In this document: piece after piece, positions 36,418-48,092 of the stretch
Numbering within the stretch: position 1 is the stretch's first letter
Layout of the letters: each line of letters starts with the position of its first letter
From: an uncultured Actinomycetes bacterium
GTDB taxonomy: Bacteria > Actinomycetota > Acidimicrobiia > IMCC26256 > DASPTH01
Direction: 5' to 3'
Assembly (NCBI GenBank): GCA_963809795.1
Contig: CAWELN010000005.1
Span: forward strand, 23,772-87,771
Length of the DNA stretch: 64,000 nucleotides
Program-made: the position numbers and the translations under genes
Notes under the pieces: generated by a model
Told to the model about the DNA's origin: nothing
What the model saw: the letters and a program-made list of their open reading frames with translations, nothing else
Database searches by the model: none

Positions 36418-37555
36418 ACCGGCCCCGCCGAGCCGCCCGGCGCGGCTCCAGGTCGACCACCTCGGCGGCGTCGTCGTCCTCCCCGGGCTCCCCGGGCGCC
36501 TCGGCCGCCCGGGCGCTGCGCACCCCGGGGTGGAAGTAGATGTAGAGGAGCAGGGCGAGGGTGAGGACGGCGAGCGGCACCAGCGAGTTGCCGCGGTCGG
36601 TGAAGGTGGGCAGCAGCACGATCGCCGAGAGCAGGGCGGTCCAGAGCCAGAGGATCACGACCGCCCGCCGGGGACCGTGCCCCATGCGCATGAGCCGGTG
36701 GTGGAGGTGCTCGTGGTCGGCCTGGGCGAACGACTGGCGCTTGACCAGGCGGCGCACGAACGAGAACGCGGTGTCGAAGATCGGTACGCCGAGGATCACC
36801 AGCGGGATGGCGAGCGGGGCGAAGTAGAAGTAGGTCTGGCCGCTGAACGGGTCGGCGGTGCGCCCACCCACCGTGATGGTGGTGGTGGCCAGCAGCAGGC
36901 CGAGGAACATCGCACCGGCGTCGCCCATGAAGATGCGCGCCGGGTTGAAGTTGTGGGGCAGGAAGCCCACGCAGATGCCGACGGTGATGGCGGCGATCAG
37001 CGGGCCCATGTTCGAGCCCTCGAGCAGACCGGCCTTGAACAGCCGGTCGGCGTAGAGGAACAGCGCCGCCCCCGCGATCATCACGATGCCGCAGGCGAGG
37101 CCGTCGAGGCCGTCGATCAGGTTGATGGCGTTCGCCATCACCACCACGGTCAGCACGGTGACGAGCGGGGCGAGGTCGGGCGAGAGCACGACGTACTCGT
37201 AGCTGGCGAACGGGACCCGGAAGTAGAGCATGGTGACGCCGAGCAGCGACAGGACGCTGCCGCTCAGCACCTGGCCCGCGATCTTGGCCGGGGGCGAGAC
37301 CTCGCGCAGGTCGTCGAGGGCGCCGACCACGAACATGACGCCGCCCGCGAGCAGCAGGCCGAGGGGTTCGGAGTTGTCGGCGAAGATCTCGTGGAACTGG
37401 GTGAGCTGCGACGCCACCGCCATCGCCACGAGGAACCCGACGAACATCGCCGCCCCACCGAGCGTCGGCGTCGGGCGCGTGTGGATGCTGCGCGGGCCCG
37501 GCATCGCGACCGCACCGATGCGGGGCGCGACCTTCCGCATCACGAACGTCAACAC
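36416..37555 (-). CDS. wecA: UDP-GlcNAc:undecaprenyl-phosphate GlcNAc-1-phosphate transferase (GT4 MraY/WecA family); the 5' end probably extends to ATG 37604 but is out of frame by 1 nt
   Basis: HTRPTPTLGGAAMF, NAINLIDGLDGLA, FMGDAGAMFLG. The conserved position upstream of the atp operon matches rfe in mycobacteria. Confidence 0.9.
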   Translation of the reverse strand: MLTFVMRKVAPRIGAVAMPGPRSIHTRPTPTLGGAAMFVGFLVAMAVASQLTQFHEIFADNSEPLGLLLAGGVMFVVGALDDLREVSPPAKIAGQVLSGSVLSLLGVTMLYFRVPFASYEYVVLSPDLAPLVTVLTVVVMANAINLIDGLDGLACGIVMIAGAALFLYADRLFKAGLLEGSNMGPLIAAITVGICVGFLPHNFNPARIFMGDAGAMFLGLLLATTTITVGGRTADPFSGQTYFYFAPLAIPLVILGVPIFDTAFSFVRRLVKRQSFAQADHEHLHHRLMRMGHGPRRAVVILWLWTALLSAIVLLPTFTDRGNSLVPLAVLTLALLLYIYFHPGVRSARAAEAPGEPGEDDDAAEVVDLEPRRAARRGR

Positions 37556-37792
37556 GAACGTGACGACGGCGGCGATCCCGGCGACCGTCAGGTACCCGCG
37601 GCATCTAGACGGCGCTCTCGGACTGGTCGAGCCGTGCGGCGATGCACGTGGCCTGCGAGAGGTTCCGCCCGGCGGCGGAGACCCGGCTCGGAGAGCCGAG
37701 CCTCGCCGGCGGCGAGGCGAGCAGGGGCTCCGCCGCGTGAAGGGCGGATCTCGCAGGGTGCGGGCGTCGACGCACGGCGTCAGGGGTCGCGA

Positions 37793-39046
37793 TCAGAGAT
37801 CCGGATACGGGGTGAAGCGGCCGCAGAGGTCGGCGGCCTGGGCGCGGACGTCGGCCGCGATGTCCTCGTCGTCGACCTTGCGCAGCACCTGGGCGATGAG
37901 CGAGGAGATCTCCCGCATCTCCGCCTCGCGCATGCCCGCGGTCGTGACCGCGGCGGTGCCGAGCCGGAGCCCGCTGGTGACGAACGGCTTCTCGGGGTCG
38001 TTCGGGATCGCGTTCTTGTTGCAGGTGATCCCGGCGCGGTCGAGCGACTCCTGGGCCGCCTTGCCGGTGACGCCGAACGGCCGGAGGTCGACCAGCATGA
38101 GGTGGTTGTCGGTGCCGCCGGAGACGATGCGGAAACCCTCGGCCGCGAGCGCGTCGGCGAGGGCGGCGGCGTTGCGCACGATGGCCGCCGCGTAGTCGGC
38201 GAACTCGGGCTGCATCGCCTCTTTGAACGCGACCGCCTTGGCCGCGACCACGTGCATGAGCGGCCCGCCCTGCAGGCCCGGGAACACCGCCTTGTCGATC
38301 GCGGCGGCGTACTGCTCACGGCACATGATCACGCCGGCGCGTGGTCCGCGCAGGGTCTTGTGCGTGGTGGTGGTCACGACGTCGGCGTACGGGATCGGCG
38401 ACGGGTGGACACCGCCGGCGACGAGCCCGGCGATGTGCGCGGCGTCGACCATGAGCAGCGCGCCGCAGGCGTCGGCGATCTCGCGGAAGGCGGCGAAGTC
38501 GATGAGGCGCGGGTAGGCGGTGGCTCCGGCGATGATGAGCTTCGGCCGCTCGGCGAGGGCGAGGGCCCGCAGCTCGTCGTGGTCGATGCGCTCGGAGTCG
38601 CGGTCGACGCCGTACGACACGAAGTCGTAGAGGCGGCCGCTGAAGTTGACCGGTGACCCGTGGGTGAGGTGCCCACCCTGGTCGAGGCGCATGCCCATGA
38701 CCTTGTCGCCCGGATCGAGCAGCGCCAGGAACGCGGCCATGTTGGCGTTGGCCCCGGAGTGCGGCTGCACGTTCGCGTGCTCGGCGCCGAACAGCTCGCA
38801 GAGCCGGTCGCGCGCGAGCACCTCCGCCTCGTCGACCACGAAGTTGCCGCCGTAGTAGCGCTTCGCCGGGTAGCCCTCGGAGTACTTGTTGGTGAGCACC
38901 GAACCTTGGGCGGCGAGCACCGCGGGCGAGGTGAAGTTCTCCGATGCGATCAGCTGGACGGTGGTGTTCTGGCGCACCGTCTCGCGCCGGATGATGTCGG
39001 CGATCTCGGGATCGGTGGCGGCGAGCGCCTCGGCTGGTGTGGTCAC
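37793..39046 (-). CDS. glyA: Serine hydroxymethyltransferase
   Basis: [13 protein letters not shown], and the PLP-Lys region [14 protein letters not shown]. Confidence 0.97.
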   Translation of the reverse strand: MTTPAEALAATDPEIADIIRRETVRQNTTVQLIASENFTSPAVLAAQGSVLTNKYSEGYPAKRYYGGNFVVDEAEVLARDRLCELFGAEHANVQPHSGANANMAAFLALLDPGDKVMGMRLDQGGHLTHGSPVNFSGRLYDFVSYGVDRDSERIDHDELRALALAERPKLIIAGATAYPRLIDFAAFREIADACGALLMVDAAHIAGLVAGGVHPSPIPYADVVTTTTHKTLRGPRAGVIMCREQYAAAIDKAVFPGLQGGPLMHVVAAKAVAFKEAMQPEFADYAAAIVRNAAALADALAAEGFRIVSGGTDNHLMLVDLRPFGVTGKAAQESLDRAGITCNKNAIPNDPEKPFVTSGLRLGTAAVTTAGMREAEMREISSLIAQVLRKVDDEDIAADVRAQAADLCGRFTPYPDL

Positions 39047-39495
39047 GTCGGAATTTCCCCGTTCTCGATGGCGGTGATCTCGTCGATGCGGCGCTGGTGG
39101 CGGCCACCCTCGAAGGCGGTGGTGAGCCAGACCTGCAGGATCTCATCGGCGAGGCCCTCGCCCACCACCCGGGCGCCGATCGAGAGCACATTGGCGTCGT
39201 TGTGCCGACGCGAGTACTCGGAGGTGTAGAGGTCGTTGCAGAGCGCGGCGCGCACCCCCTTCACCTTGTTGGCCGACAGCTGCTCGCCCTGGCCGCTCCC
39301 GCCGAGCACGATGCCCCGCTCGGCCCGGCCGGCGGCCACCTCCCGGCCCACCGCGGAGCAGTAGATCGGGTAGTCGACCGGCTCCTCGGAGTCGGTGCCG
39401 AGGTCGTCGACCTCGTGGCCGCCCTCCTTCAGGGCGGCGATGAAGTGCTCCTTCAGGCGGTAGCCCGCGTGGTCGGAGCCGATGGCGATCCGCAT
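39043..39495 (-). CDS. rpiB: Ribose-5-phosphate isomerase B
   Basis: [16 protein letters not shown] ... [24 protein letters not shown]. Its stop overlaps the glyA GTG (GTGA). Confidence 0.92.
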   Translation of the reverse strand: MRIAIGSDHAGYRLKEHFIAALKEGGHEVDDLGTDSEEPVDYPIYCSAVGREVAAGRAERGIVLGGSGQGEQLSANKVKGVRAALCNDLYTSEYSRRHNDANVLSIGARVVGEGLADEILQVWLTTAFEGGRHQRRIDEITAIENGEIPT

Positions 39496-39636
39496 GGGCG
39501 CTCCCGCGTCGGCAACCGGGCCAGTGTAGGGAAGGTGACCTGCACCCGGCGTGACAGATCCGGGTCCGAGCGCGACCCGCGCCCGGTGCCCAGACGTGCA
39601 AGACTGCTCCGGCGACATCGACCCGGGGGGGCATCA

Positions 39637-40965
39637 GTGGTCAAGGTCCGGAACGCGATCGTGATCGGCGCGCTGCTCGTCAGCCTGGCGGCACTCGGTG
39701 CGGGGCCGGCGACCGCACAGTCGAGCAACGAGAAGCCGCAAGCCACCGAGGTCGGGGTCACGGCGACCGAGATCCACATCGCGGTCATCGCCGACGTCGA
39801 CAACGCGCCCGCACCCGGCCTGTTCAAGGGCTCGGTCGACGGCGTGAAGGCGGCGCCGCCTACCTGAACAGCAAGGCCGGGGGTGGCGGACTGGCCGGCC
39901 GCAAGGTCGTGGTCGACTTCTACGACTCGAAGCTCAACCCGAACGAGGCGCGCAACGCCACCATCCAGGGCTGCGGGAACGACCTCGCCCTGGTCGGCAC
40001 GGCCGCGTTGTTCCTGAGCCAGGTCGACGACATCGTCAACTGCAAGGACCAGGCGGGGCAGGCGACCGGCATCCCCGACATGTCCTCGGTCACCACCGGT
40101 GTGCCCGAGTCGTGCTCCCCGCTGTCGTTCCCGGCCTACGGCATCGCCATCGACTGCGCCGCCGTCACCGCAGAACCCGCAGACCTACTACGGCAACCAG
40201 GGGCCGGCGAAGTGGGAGCTCTCCAAGCACAAGGACGACCTGCACGGTGTGACCATCGTGGGGAACGACACCAAGGACGCCGCCCGCGGCGGCACGATCC
40301 TCGGCCTGACCGCGCAGCATGCGGGGATCAAGCCCGATCAGGGAGACCCCGTGGTGTCCGTGTCGGGACGTGACCCGCAGAGCGTGTTCACGCCCATCGT
40401 GCAGAAGATGAAGCAGGACGGCTCGAACTGGTCGTTGAACGTCGGGGCCGTGAACCAGGGACTGTTGCTCCGCAACGAAGCCGCGCTGCAGGGGATCAAT
40501 CCGACTTCCGTGCTCTGGGAGTGCGCGTCCTGCTACGGCAACAAGGTGGTCACGGACAACGCGAAGGCGTTCGAGGGTGAGGTGCAGTTCCTCGGGTTCC
40601 TGCCCTTCGAGGAGGCCTCGGTCAACAAGACCGTGGCCAACTTCGTCAAGTACATGAAGCAGGTCGGCGGCACGCCCGACCAGTTCTCGGCGTACTCGTA
40701 CGCGGCCGTGCTGGCGTTCGCCGACGCGGTGAACGCGGTGGTCAAGACGGACGGCGTCAACGGCCTCACCCGCACGAGCCTCATCAACGGGATCAAGGGA
40801 CTCACCGACTTCGACGCCGGCGGCATGCTGGGCAAGCGCTCCTTCAAGGACGGCAAGACCACGTCGTGCTTCATGATGGTCCAGTTCAAGGGCGGCAAGT
40901 GGGTGCGCCAGTACCCGACGAAGAAGGGAACGTTCGACTGCAAGGCATCGAACGGGATCACCTGA
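39637..40965 (+). pseudogene. Leu/Ile/Val-type ABC substrate-binding protein with two apparent frameshifts (about 39860 and about 40170)
   Basis: Segment 1: VVKVRNAIVIGALLVSLAALGAGPATAQSS...GVKAA. Segment 2: YLNSKAGGGGLAGRKVVVDFYDSKLNPNEARNA...DCAAV. Segment 3: NPQTYYGNQGPAKWELSKH...TFDCKASNGIT*. Confidence 0.8.
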
Positions 40966-41040
40966 AGGCGAACCTGATCGGCTGAGTCGATCCGGCGCAA
41001 GATCCCGGCCGCACGGCGGGCGGCCCGTAGCCTGAGCACC

Positions 41041-42552
41041 ATGGCGGAGACGCAGGTCGCACCGCGGGTGACGCCGTTCCTCCTGCAGCGGGCGGACACG
41101 ATGTGCGGCCGCCGCCTGGCGCGTGCCTTCGAGGGCGGTGAGCGGTCGCACGATCCCGTGCACCGCAGCCGGCTCCGGGACGCGTTCCTCGCCGCCGCCC
41201 GCGACGCGCACGCCGAGCTGCGCGCGCCCACCGCCGCCGACTTCGACGGCATGGGCGCCGCCCTCCAACCCGAGCTGCTCCCCGAGGAGCAGGCCGTCCT
41301 CACGCAGGCCGCGCACTGGTACGCGCAGATCTTCGCGGCGCGCCCGGCGCGGTGGGACGACCCGGGCACCGACCAGCCGACGGAACGGCGCGGGGTGCGC
41401 GTCGGCGGATGGATCGACCTCCCGGTGCGCACCGCCGACGGCGGTCACGAGCTGCGTCAGGTCGAGCTCTGGGGCCGCCGGGTGGCGCCGCACGAGCCGC
41501 TCGACCTGCCCGCGCTGCAGACCGCGTTCCTGCGGCTCACGCCCTGGCTCGACGGCAAGCCGCTGCGCGTGGTCTGGGTCGACCTCCTCCGCGGCCTCGT
41601 GCGGGAGCAGGTCGTCGAACCGGACGCCCGCCCCGCGGTCACCGAGTGGTTCGACACTCGGCTCGGGATCGTGCTCGACCGCGCCGCCGAGCCCACCACG
41701 ACCCCCGGCGACGACTGCGGCACCTGCGCGGTGGTCGCGGCGTGCCCCGAGCACCGGAAGGGCGCGCACTACGGGCGCCGCCGCGACCTCCTCCCGGGCA
41801 TCCTCCACGTCACGCCCACCAACCTCGACACGTGGCGCCGGTGCCCGCGCGAATGGCGCAACGCGTGCCTGTTCGGCATCCCGTCGAGCGACACCGATCC
41901 CGGCACCGTGCACGGGCAGCAGATGCACGACGTCCTGCGCCTGGTGCACGAGCGCGGCACCTGCCGCGACGACGCGCACGTCGACGACGTGCTCGTGAGC
42001 CACGGCTTCGGCGACGACGAGCGGATGCGCGCCGAGCTGGCGCGGCACACCGCGCGCTGCCCGACTCCCGCCGACGCGCTCGGCCACGAGGTGACCCGCG
42101 CCCGCTTCGGCCCGCACCCGACCGCGCCGTTCATGGCGACCGCGCGGCTCGACGCGCTGTGGGTGCACGACGGCATCCTGGACGCGCGCGACTACAAGAC
42201 CGGCCGCGTGTGGACCGACCGTGTCGCCGACGACTCGCAAGCACGGCTGCAGGCCTGGGTGGTCGCACCGCTCGCCGAGCGCCTCGGGCTCCGCCTGCGC
42301 ATCACGTTCGAGCACCTCGCCACCGAGGTGCTCGACGACCCCGAGCCGTTCGAGCCCGACGCCGACGACCTGCGCGCGATCGAGGACGAGCTGCGGTGCG
42401 AGGTCGTCGCCATCCGTAGCGAGGTCGACTTCGCCGGCGTGGCCGACGCCGACGTGTGCCACCGCTGCCGGTACCGCTCGATCTGTCCCGACTCCGCGGT
42501 CACGGGTGTGCCGGTGTGGCCGGTGGTCGAGCACGAGGAGGAGGCGGGATGA
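41041..42552 (+). CDS. Tandem PD-(D/E)XK (Cas4/RecB-like) nuclease-domain protein with two Cys4 clusters
   Basis: Half 1: Cys22 plus CGTCAVVAAC, with QVELW at the catalytic position. Half 2: RRCPREW plus CHRCRYRSIC, with an intact LDARDYKTG. Confidence 0.8.
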   Translation: MAETQVAPRVTPFLLQRADTMCGRRLARAFEGGERSHDPVHRSRLRDAFLAAARDAHAELRAPTAADFDGMGAALQPELLPEEQAVLTQAAHWYAQIFAARPARWDDPGTDQPTERRGVRVGGWIDLPVRTADGGHELRQVELWGRRVAPHEPLDLPALQTAFLRLTPWLDGKPLRVVWVDLLRGLVREQVVEPDARPAVTEWFDTRLGIVLDRAAEPTTTPGDDCGTCAVVAACPEHRKGAHYGRRRDLLPGILHVTPTNLDTWRRCPREWRNACLFGIPSSDTDPGTVHGQQMHDVLRLVHERGTCRDDAHVDDVLVSHGFGDDERMRAELARHTARCPTPADALGHEVTRARFGPHPTAPFMATARLDALWVHDGILDARDYKTGRVWTDRVADDSQARLQAWVVAPLAERLGLRLRITFEHLATEVLDDPEPFEPDADDLRAIEDELRCEVVAIRSEVDFAGVADADVCHRCRYRSICPDSAVTGVPVWPVVEHEEEAG

Positions 42553-42950
42553 CGAGGGCGTCGCGGGGCCGCATGCTCTGGTGGGGTGCGACGAAGCGGT
42601 GCGCGCGCTGCGGGAGCGGGCACCTCTTCCGGCGGTACTTCACGATGGTCGACGACTGCCCGCGATGTGGCCTCCACTTCGAGCGGGAGCAGGGCTACTG
42701 GGCGGGCGCGCTCGCGATCAACATCGGGCTCGCGGGCGCGACGTTCGTGGTGGCGTTCGCCGTCGCGCTCGTGCTGACGGTGCCCGACGTGCCGGTGGTG
42801 CCGCTGCTGGCGATCCTCGTGCCGTTGATGATCCTCGTGCCCACGTTGGGCTACCCGTTCTCGAAGACGATCTGGGTCGCGGTCGACCGCGCCTTCCTCC
42901 AGCACCTCGACCCCAACGAGCGGCTCGACGAGCAGATGCGGCGCCACTGA
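42549..42950 (+). CDS. DUF983-like zinc-ribbon membrane protein
   Basis: CARCGSGHLF...CPRCGLHFEREQGYWAGA, then two TM segments. Its ATG overlaps the upstream stop (ATGA). Confidence 0.75.
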   Translation: MTRASRGRMLWWGATKRCARCGSGHLFRRYFTMVDDCPRCGLHFEREQGYWAGALAINIGLAGATFVVAFAVALVLTVPDVPVVPLLAILVPLMILVPTLGYPFSKTIWVAVDRAFLQHLDPNERLDEQMRRH

Positions 42951-42953
42951 CTG

Positions 42954-43050
42954 ATTCGCTCGCTCCCTGCGGGCCGGGATACCCGGCCCGCGGCCGTTCG
43001 CTCGCTGGCGCAGCGACCTCCGCTCCTCCGGCTCGCGGCCGGTCGCCGCT
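42954..43050. repeat. Family-2 intergenic repeat with a perfect 10-bp hairpin (42969..42991)
   Basis: ATTCGCTCGCTCCCTGCGGGCCGGGATACCCGGCCCGCGGCCGTTCGCTCGCTGGCGCAGCG. The stem differs from the 31.55-kb copy by paired compensatory changes. Confidence 0.85.
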
Positions 43051-43063
43051 GGCGGCGACTGGT

Positions 43064-43279
43064 TCAGCTGCTCAGCTGGATGCGCAGGGTGAGGACGCCG
43101 TCGGTGAACTCCCAGGACGCGTCGCCGATGATGGCGAAGTCCTGGAAGTCGCGCTGGGCCTGCTCCACGAACCGTTGTCGCTCCGCGCCGGCGACCGGCG
43201 GAAGCGCCCGTTCGCGCACCGCGTCGGCGCGCTCGCGGAAGCGGGCGATCATGGCGTCGACGTCGAGCTCGTCGGCCAT
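43064..43279 (-). CDS. Small hypothetical protein (71 aa)
   Basis: MADELDVDAMIARFRERADAVRERALPPVAGAERQRFVEQAQRDFQDFAIIGD... Begins 5 nt after the esterase stop. Confidence 0.5.
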   Translation of the reverse strand: MADELDVDAMIARFRERADAVRERALPPVAGAERQRFVEQAQRDFQDFAIIGDASWEFTDGVLTLRIQLSS

Positions 43280-43284
43280 CGCGC

Positions 43285-44226
43285 TCAGCCGGCCGCTCGC
43301 ACGAGGAAGTCGTCGATCCGCTCGTTCGCCCGCTTCGCCAGCTCCATGGGGAAGCCGGTGAAGCCGTGCACGCAGTCGGGATACACCGCGAGCTCCGCCT
43401 CGTTGCCGTACGCCGCCCACCGGGCCGCCATGAACAGGCTGTCGTCGAGGAGGTGGTCGGCGCTGCCGACGGTGAACAGCGCGGGCGGGAGGTCCTGCAG
43501 GTCGGCGTACAGCGGCGAGATCTCGGGGATGCGCGCCTGGTCGCGAGTGTGGTCGGGCAGGTAGCACTCGTGCACGAAGGCGAAGGTGTCGAGGTCGAGG
43601 ATGTCGGGCGTGTCGGACGGCCGGAACCCGTGGGTCGCCGGCGTGCCGCCGAGGTCGTAGACCCCGAACACGAGGTTGGCGCCTCGGACGCGGTCGATCG
43701 CGCCGAGCTCGTCACGTATGCGCAGCAGCGTGAGCGCGGCGAAGTACCCGCCGGCCGACTCTCCGCCGACCAGCAGGTCGCCCGTGCCGAACCACGCTTC
43801 GGCGTGCTCGACCAGCCACGCCGCCACCGCGAGGCAGTCGTCGGAGCCCGCCGGGAACGGGTGCTCGGGTGCCAGGCGGTAGTCGACCGACACCACCGCG
43901 AGGCCGAGCCGTTCGGCGAGATCGGCGTTGCTGACGTCGTTCATCAGCGGTGAGCCCAGGATCATGGCGCCGCCGTGGAAGTGCAGGTACACCGCCTTCG
44001 GCGTCTCGATCGGCCGGAACACCCGGCACGTGACGCCGGCGATGTCCTCGTCGACACCCGCGGGCGAGGGCACCTCCATCCCGGCGAGCAGCTCGCGTTG
44101 CGCCCGGACGCGCTCGTCCCGATCGGTGGGCTGCGCAACGCCGGCCATCAAGGCATCGGCGATCGTGCGGGCCATCGTGCGGGCCTCCTCGCGGAGGCCT
44201 TCGTAGTCATCGGGCCAGAGCGCCAT
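43285..44226 (-). CDS. Alpha/beta hydrolase, hormone-sensitive-lipase-like esterase
   Basis: Oxyanion HGGAM, nucleophile elbow GESAGG, and a distal DxxH region (DCVHGF). Confidence 0.88.
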   Translation of the reverse strand: MALWPDDYEGLREEARTMARTIADALMAGVAQPTDRDERVRAQRELLAGMEVPSPAGVDEDIAGVTCRVFRPIETPKAVYLHFHGGAMILGSPLMNDVSNADLAERLGLAVVSVDYRLAPEHPFPAGSDDCLAVAAWLVEHAEAWFGTGDLLVGGESAGGYFAALTLLRIRDELGAIDRVRGANLVFGVYDLGGTPATHGFRPSDTPDILDLDTFAFVHECYLPDHTRDQARIPEISPLYADLQDLPPALFTVGSADHLLDDSLFMAARWAAYGNEAELAVYPDCVHGFTGFPMELAKRANERIDDFLVRAAG

Positions 44227-44249
44227 GCGGGTGACGATAGCGGCCGGCG

Positions 44250-45160
44250 CTACGCCGGGACGCCGACCCGGCCGACGAGCACGCGGTCGCGGTCGGCGAG
44301 GTCGCGCACGACGCCCACGTCGTCGAACCCGGCGGCGGTGGCGGCCCCGACCGCGGCGTCGGCCTGATGGGGCGCGAGCTCCACGACGAGCGCGCCGCCC
44401 GCGGGATCGAGCCAGTCGCGCGCGCCGGCGAGGATCGCCTCGATGGCCTCCATCCCGGACGGCCCGCTCACCAGTGCCTGGCGGGGTTCCCAGTCGGCGA
44501 CGTCGGCGGGGAGGTCGGCGACCTCGTGCTCGGCGACGTACGGCGGGTTCGACACCACGAGCAGCAACCGGCCGCGCAGCGCTTCCGGGAGCGCGTCGAA
44601 CCACGAGCCGGACTCCAGCCGCACCCGGGTGGCGGCCGAGCCCACCCCGGCGAGGTTGGCGCGGGCGACGGCCAACGCGTCCTCGCTCACGTCGGTGGCC
44701 CACACCTCGGCGTCGGGGAGCTCACGCGCCAGCGCCAACGCGATCGCGCCCGAGCCCGTGCCCAGGTCGGCGACCGGGAACGACGTCGTCGCGCCGCCCC
44801 ACGGATCGTGCGCGCCCCGGCGCGCGCCGAGCCGCACGACCTCGTCGATCGCGGTGCGCGCCACCACCTCGGTCTCCGGACGCGGGACGAGCACGCGCCG
44901 GTCGACCATGAGGTCGAGCCCGAGGAAGTCCCACCGGCCGAGCACGTACTGCAACGGCTCGCCGGCGGCGCGCCGCGCCAGCATGTCGTCGAGGTGCTGG
45001 ATCGCCGGCGCGGTCGCGGCCTCGTGCTCGCCGACCACCAGCTCGACGCCGTCGTAGCCGGAGACGCGCTCCACCATCCAGCGCGCCTCGATCTCCGGCG
45101 CCGGCGCGGTCGTGTCCCGCAAGCGGGCGGCAGCGAGCACCCGCAGGTCGGCCCAGGTGG

Positions 45161-45164
<4 letters not shown>
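44250..45164 (-). CDS. prmC: Peptide chain release factor N5-glutamine methyltransferase
   Basis: DLGTGSGAIAL SAM motif and the NPPY catalytic motif. Its GTG overlaps the prfA stop (GTGA). Confidence 0.93.
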
Positions 45165-46231
<1,067 letters not shown>

Positions 46232-46256
46232 GTCGACCAGGGTACGGGCTGACCGG

Positions 46257-46440
46257 TCAGGCGACGACGGCCAGCGGCGCGAAGCCGCGGCCGACCACCG
46301 GCTCGGCCTCGACCCCGAGCCACTCCTGCAGGGCGGTGGCGTAGAGAACGCGGAAGTCGGTGGTCGGTCGCGGCCGTGTGCCGTGAGCAGCGATCTTCGG
46401 GCGGACGACCGACGCCCGCAGACCGACGATCGTCCATGCC
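46257..46440 (-). pseudogene. C-terminal remnant of a DUF1501-like gene
   Basis: The frame reads ...TTDFRVLYATALQEWLGVEAEPVVGRGFAPLAVVA*. This matches my recollection of the conserved DUF1501 C-terminus. There is no N-terminal part and no start codon. Confidence 0.4.
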
Positions 46441-46464
46441 GACCGGTACGCGGACTGCGTCCGG

Positions 46465-48092
46465 CTAGGCCGCGCCCCCTGCCAGGTAGATGTCGAGCAC
46501 CGAATCGGCGATGTCGTCCGGCGTGCCTGCGAGTGCGATGCGTCCGTTGGCCATCACCGCGGCGCGATCCGCCACGTCGAGTGCGGTCCGAGCCGACTGC
46601 TCCACGACGAGGATCGTCAGGCCGTCCGCGGCGAGGTTGGCCACGATGGCGTAGAGCTCGGCGACGATGAGGGGCGCCAGCCCCATCGAGATCTCGTCGA
46701 GCAGCAACAGCTTCGGCTCCGTCGAGAGCGCGCGCGACATGGCGAGCATCTGCTGCTCCCCGCCGGACAGCGTGCCGGCCACCTGCTTGCGGCGCTGACT
46801 GAGGATGGGAAACTTCGCGTACGCCCGTTCCTCGATTTCCCGGCGTCGGAGACCGCCGCGGTACGTCCACATCTGGAGGTTCTCAACGACGGTGAGGTTC
46901 GGAAAGACCCCACGTCCCTCGGGAATCGTGCAGAGCCCCGCGCGCGTCAGGCGCTCCGGATGCCATCGCGTCACGTCCTGACCGGCGAACCGGACCGTGC
47001 CCGCTGAGGGACGGAGTCGGCCCGACGCCACCTTCAACGTCGTCGACTTCCCGGCCCCGTTGGCCCCGAGCAGAGCGAACACTGTGCCCCGCGAGACGAC
47101 GATGTCCACGCCGTGCAGGATCTCGATCTCGCCGTATCCGGCCTTGATTCCGGCCAGCTCGAGGATCGGCGCGCACTCGCCGTCCGTCCCGGCGGGCGAC
47201 GCGGTGGGGTGCGGCGCCTCGCCGTCGTCCCCTCGTGCCGTTGCGTTCACGACGATGCGAGGCACGTCGGTGTGCTCGTCGTTCCCGCGGGCGATGACCT
47301 GCGCGACGTCGTCCCCCGGGAGCATGTCGTCGGGCACCGCCGCGTCGAGCGCGGTGGCGCGACGGCCCTCCACGTGCGCCTCGGCTCCGAGGTAGGCGAG
47401 CCGGACGGCCGGGTCGGCTTGGATGTCGGCCGGACGCCCCGTCGCGATGACCCGGCCGAACTCGAGCACGTACAACTCGTTGGACACGCGCATGGCGAGC
47501 TCCATGTCGTGCTCGACGAGAAGCACCCCGATGCCGGACGCGGTGAGCGAGAGCAGCACGTCGCCGAGGGCGTGGGTCTCCGCCGTGTCCAGTCCCGAGC
47601 CCGGCTCGTCGAGGAGAAGCACACTCGGCTCGGTGGCGATCGCTCGTCCGAGCTCGACGAGCCGCGCGATTCCAGTGGGCAGCGTGTCCGCCTGGACGTC
47701 CGCGACGGCTGAGATGCCGAGCCGCTCGAGGATCTCAGCTGTCGCCGCACGGGGCTCGGGGGCGCCGCGCGCCCAGCGGCGGTGCAGCTCGGCTGCGACC
47801 TGGATGTTCTCTCTCGCCGTCATCGAACCGAAGACCTCGAGGCGCTGGAAGGTGCGCGCCAGGCCGCGCCAGCGCGCCGCGCCGGCGACAGCCTGGTGAT
47901 GTCCCGGTCTGCGAGCAGGACACGGCCCTGGTTCGGCCGCTGCAGTCCGTTGATGACGTTGAAGAGGGTCGTCTTCCCGGCGCCGTTGGGCCCGATCAGG
48001 CCGGTGATGGTCCCGGCGCCGACGCCGAGCGTCAGCTGGTCGAGCGCGTGGACGCCCCCGAAGCGCACGGAGATCTCTTCAACGCGCAGCAC
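46465..48092 (-). pseudogene. Fused LivG-LivF type ABC ATPase (two NBDs), interrupted by one apparent frameshift near 47865-47880
   Basis: N-terminal piece 47820..48092 has GPNGAGKTT and ends ...[10 protein letters not shown]... out of frame. 46465..47823 continues ([14 protein letters not shown])MTARENI.., LLLDEPGSGLD, a ~65-aa linker, then GANGAGKST, LSGGEQQML, LLLDE. Confidence 0.8.
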
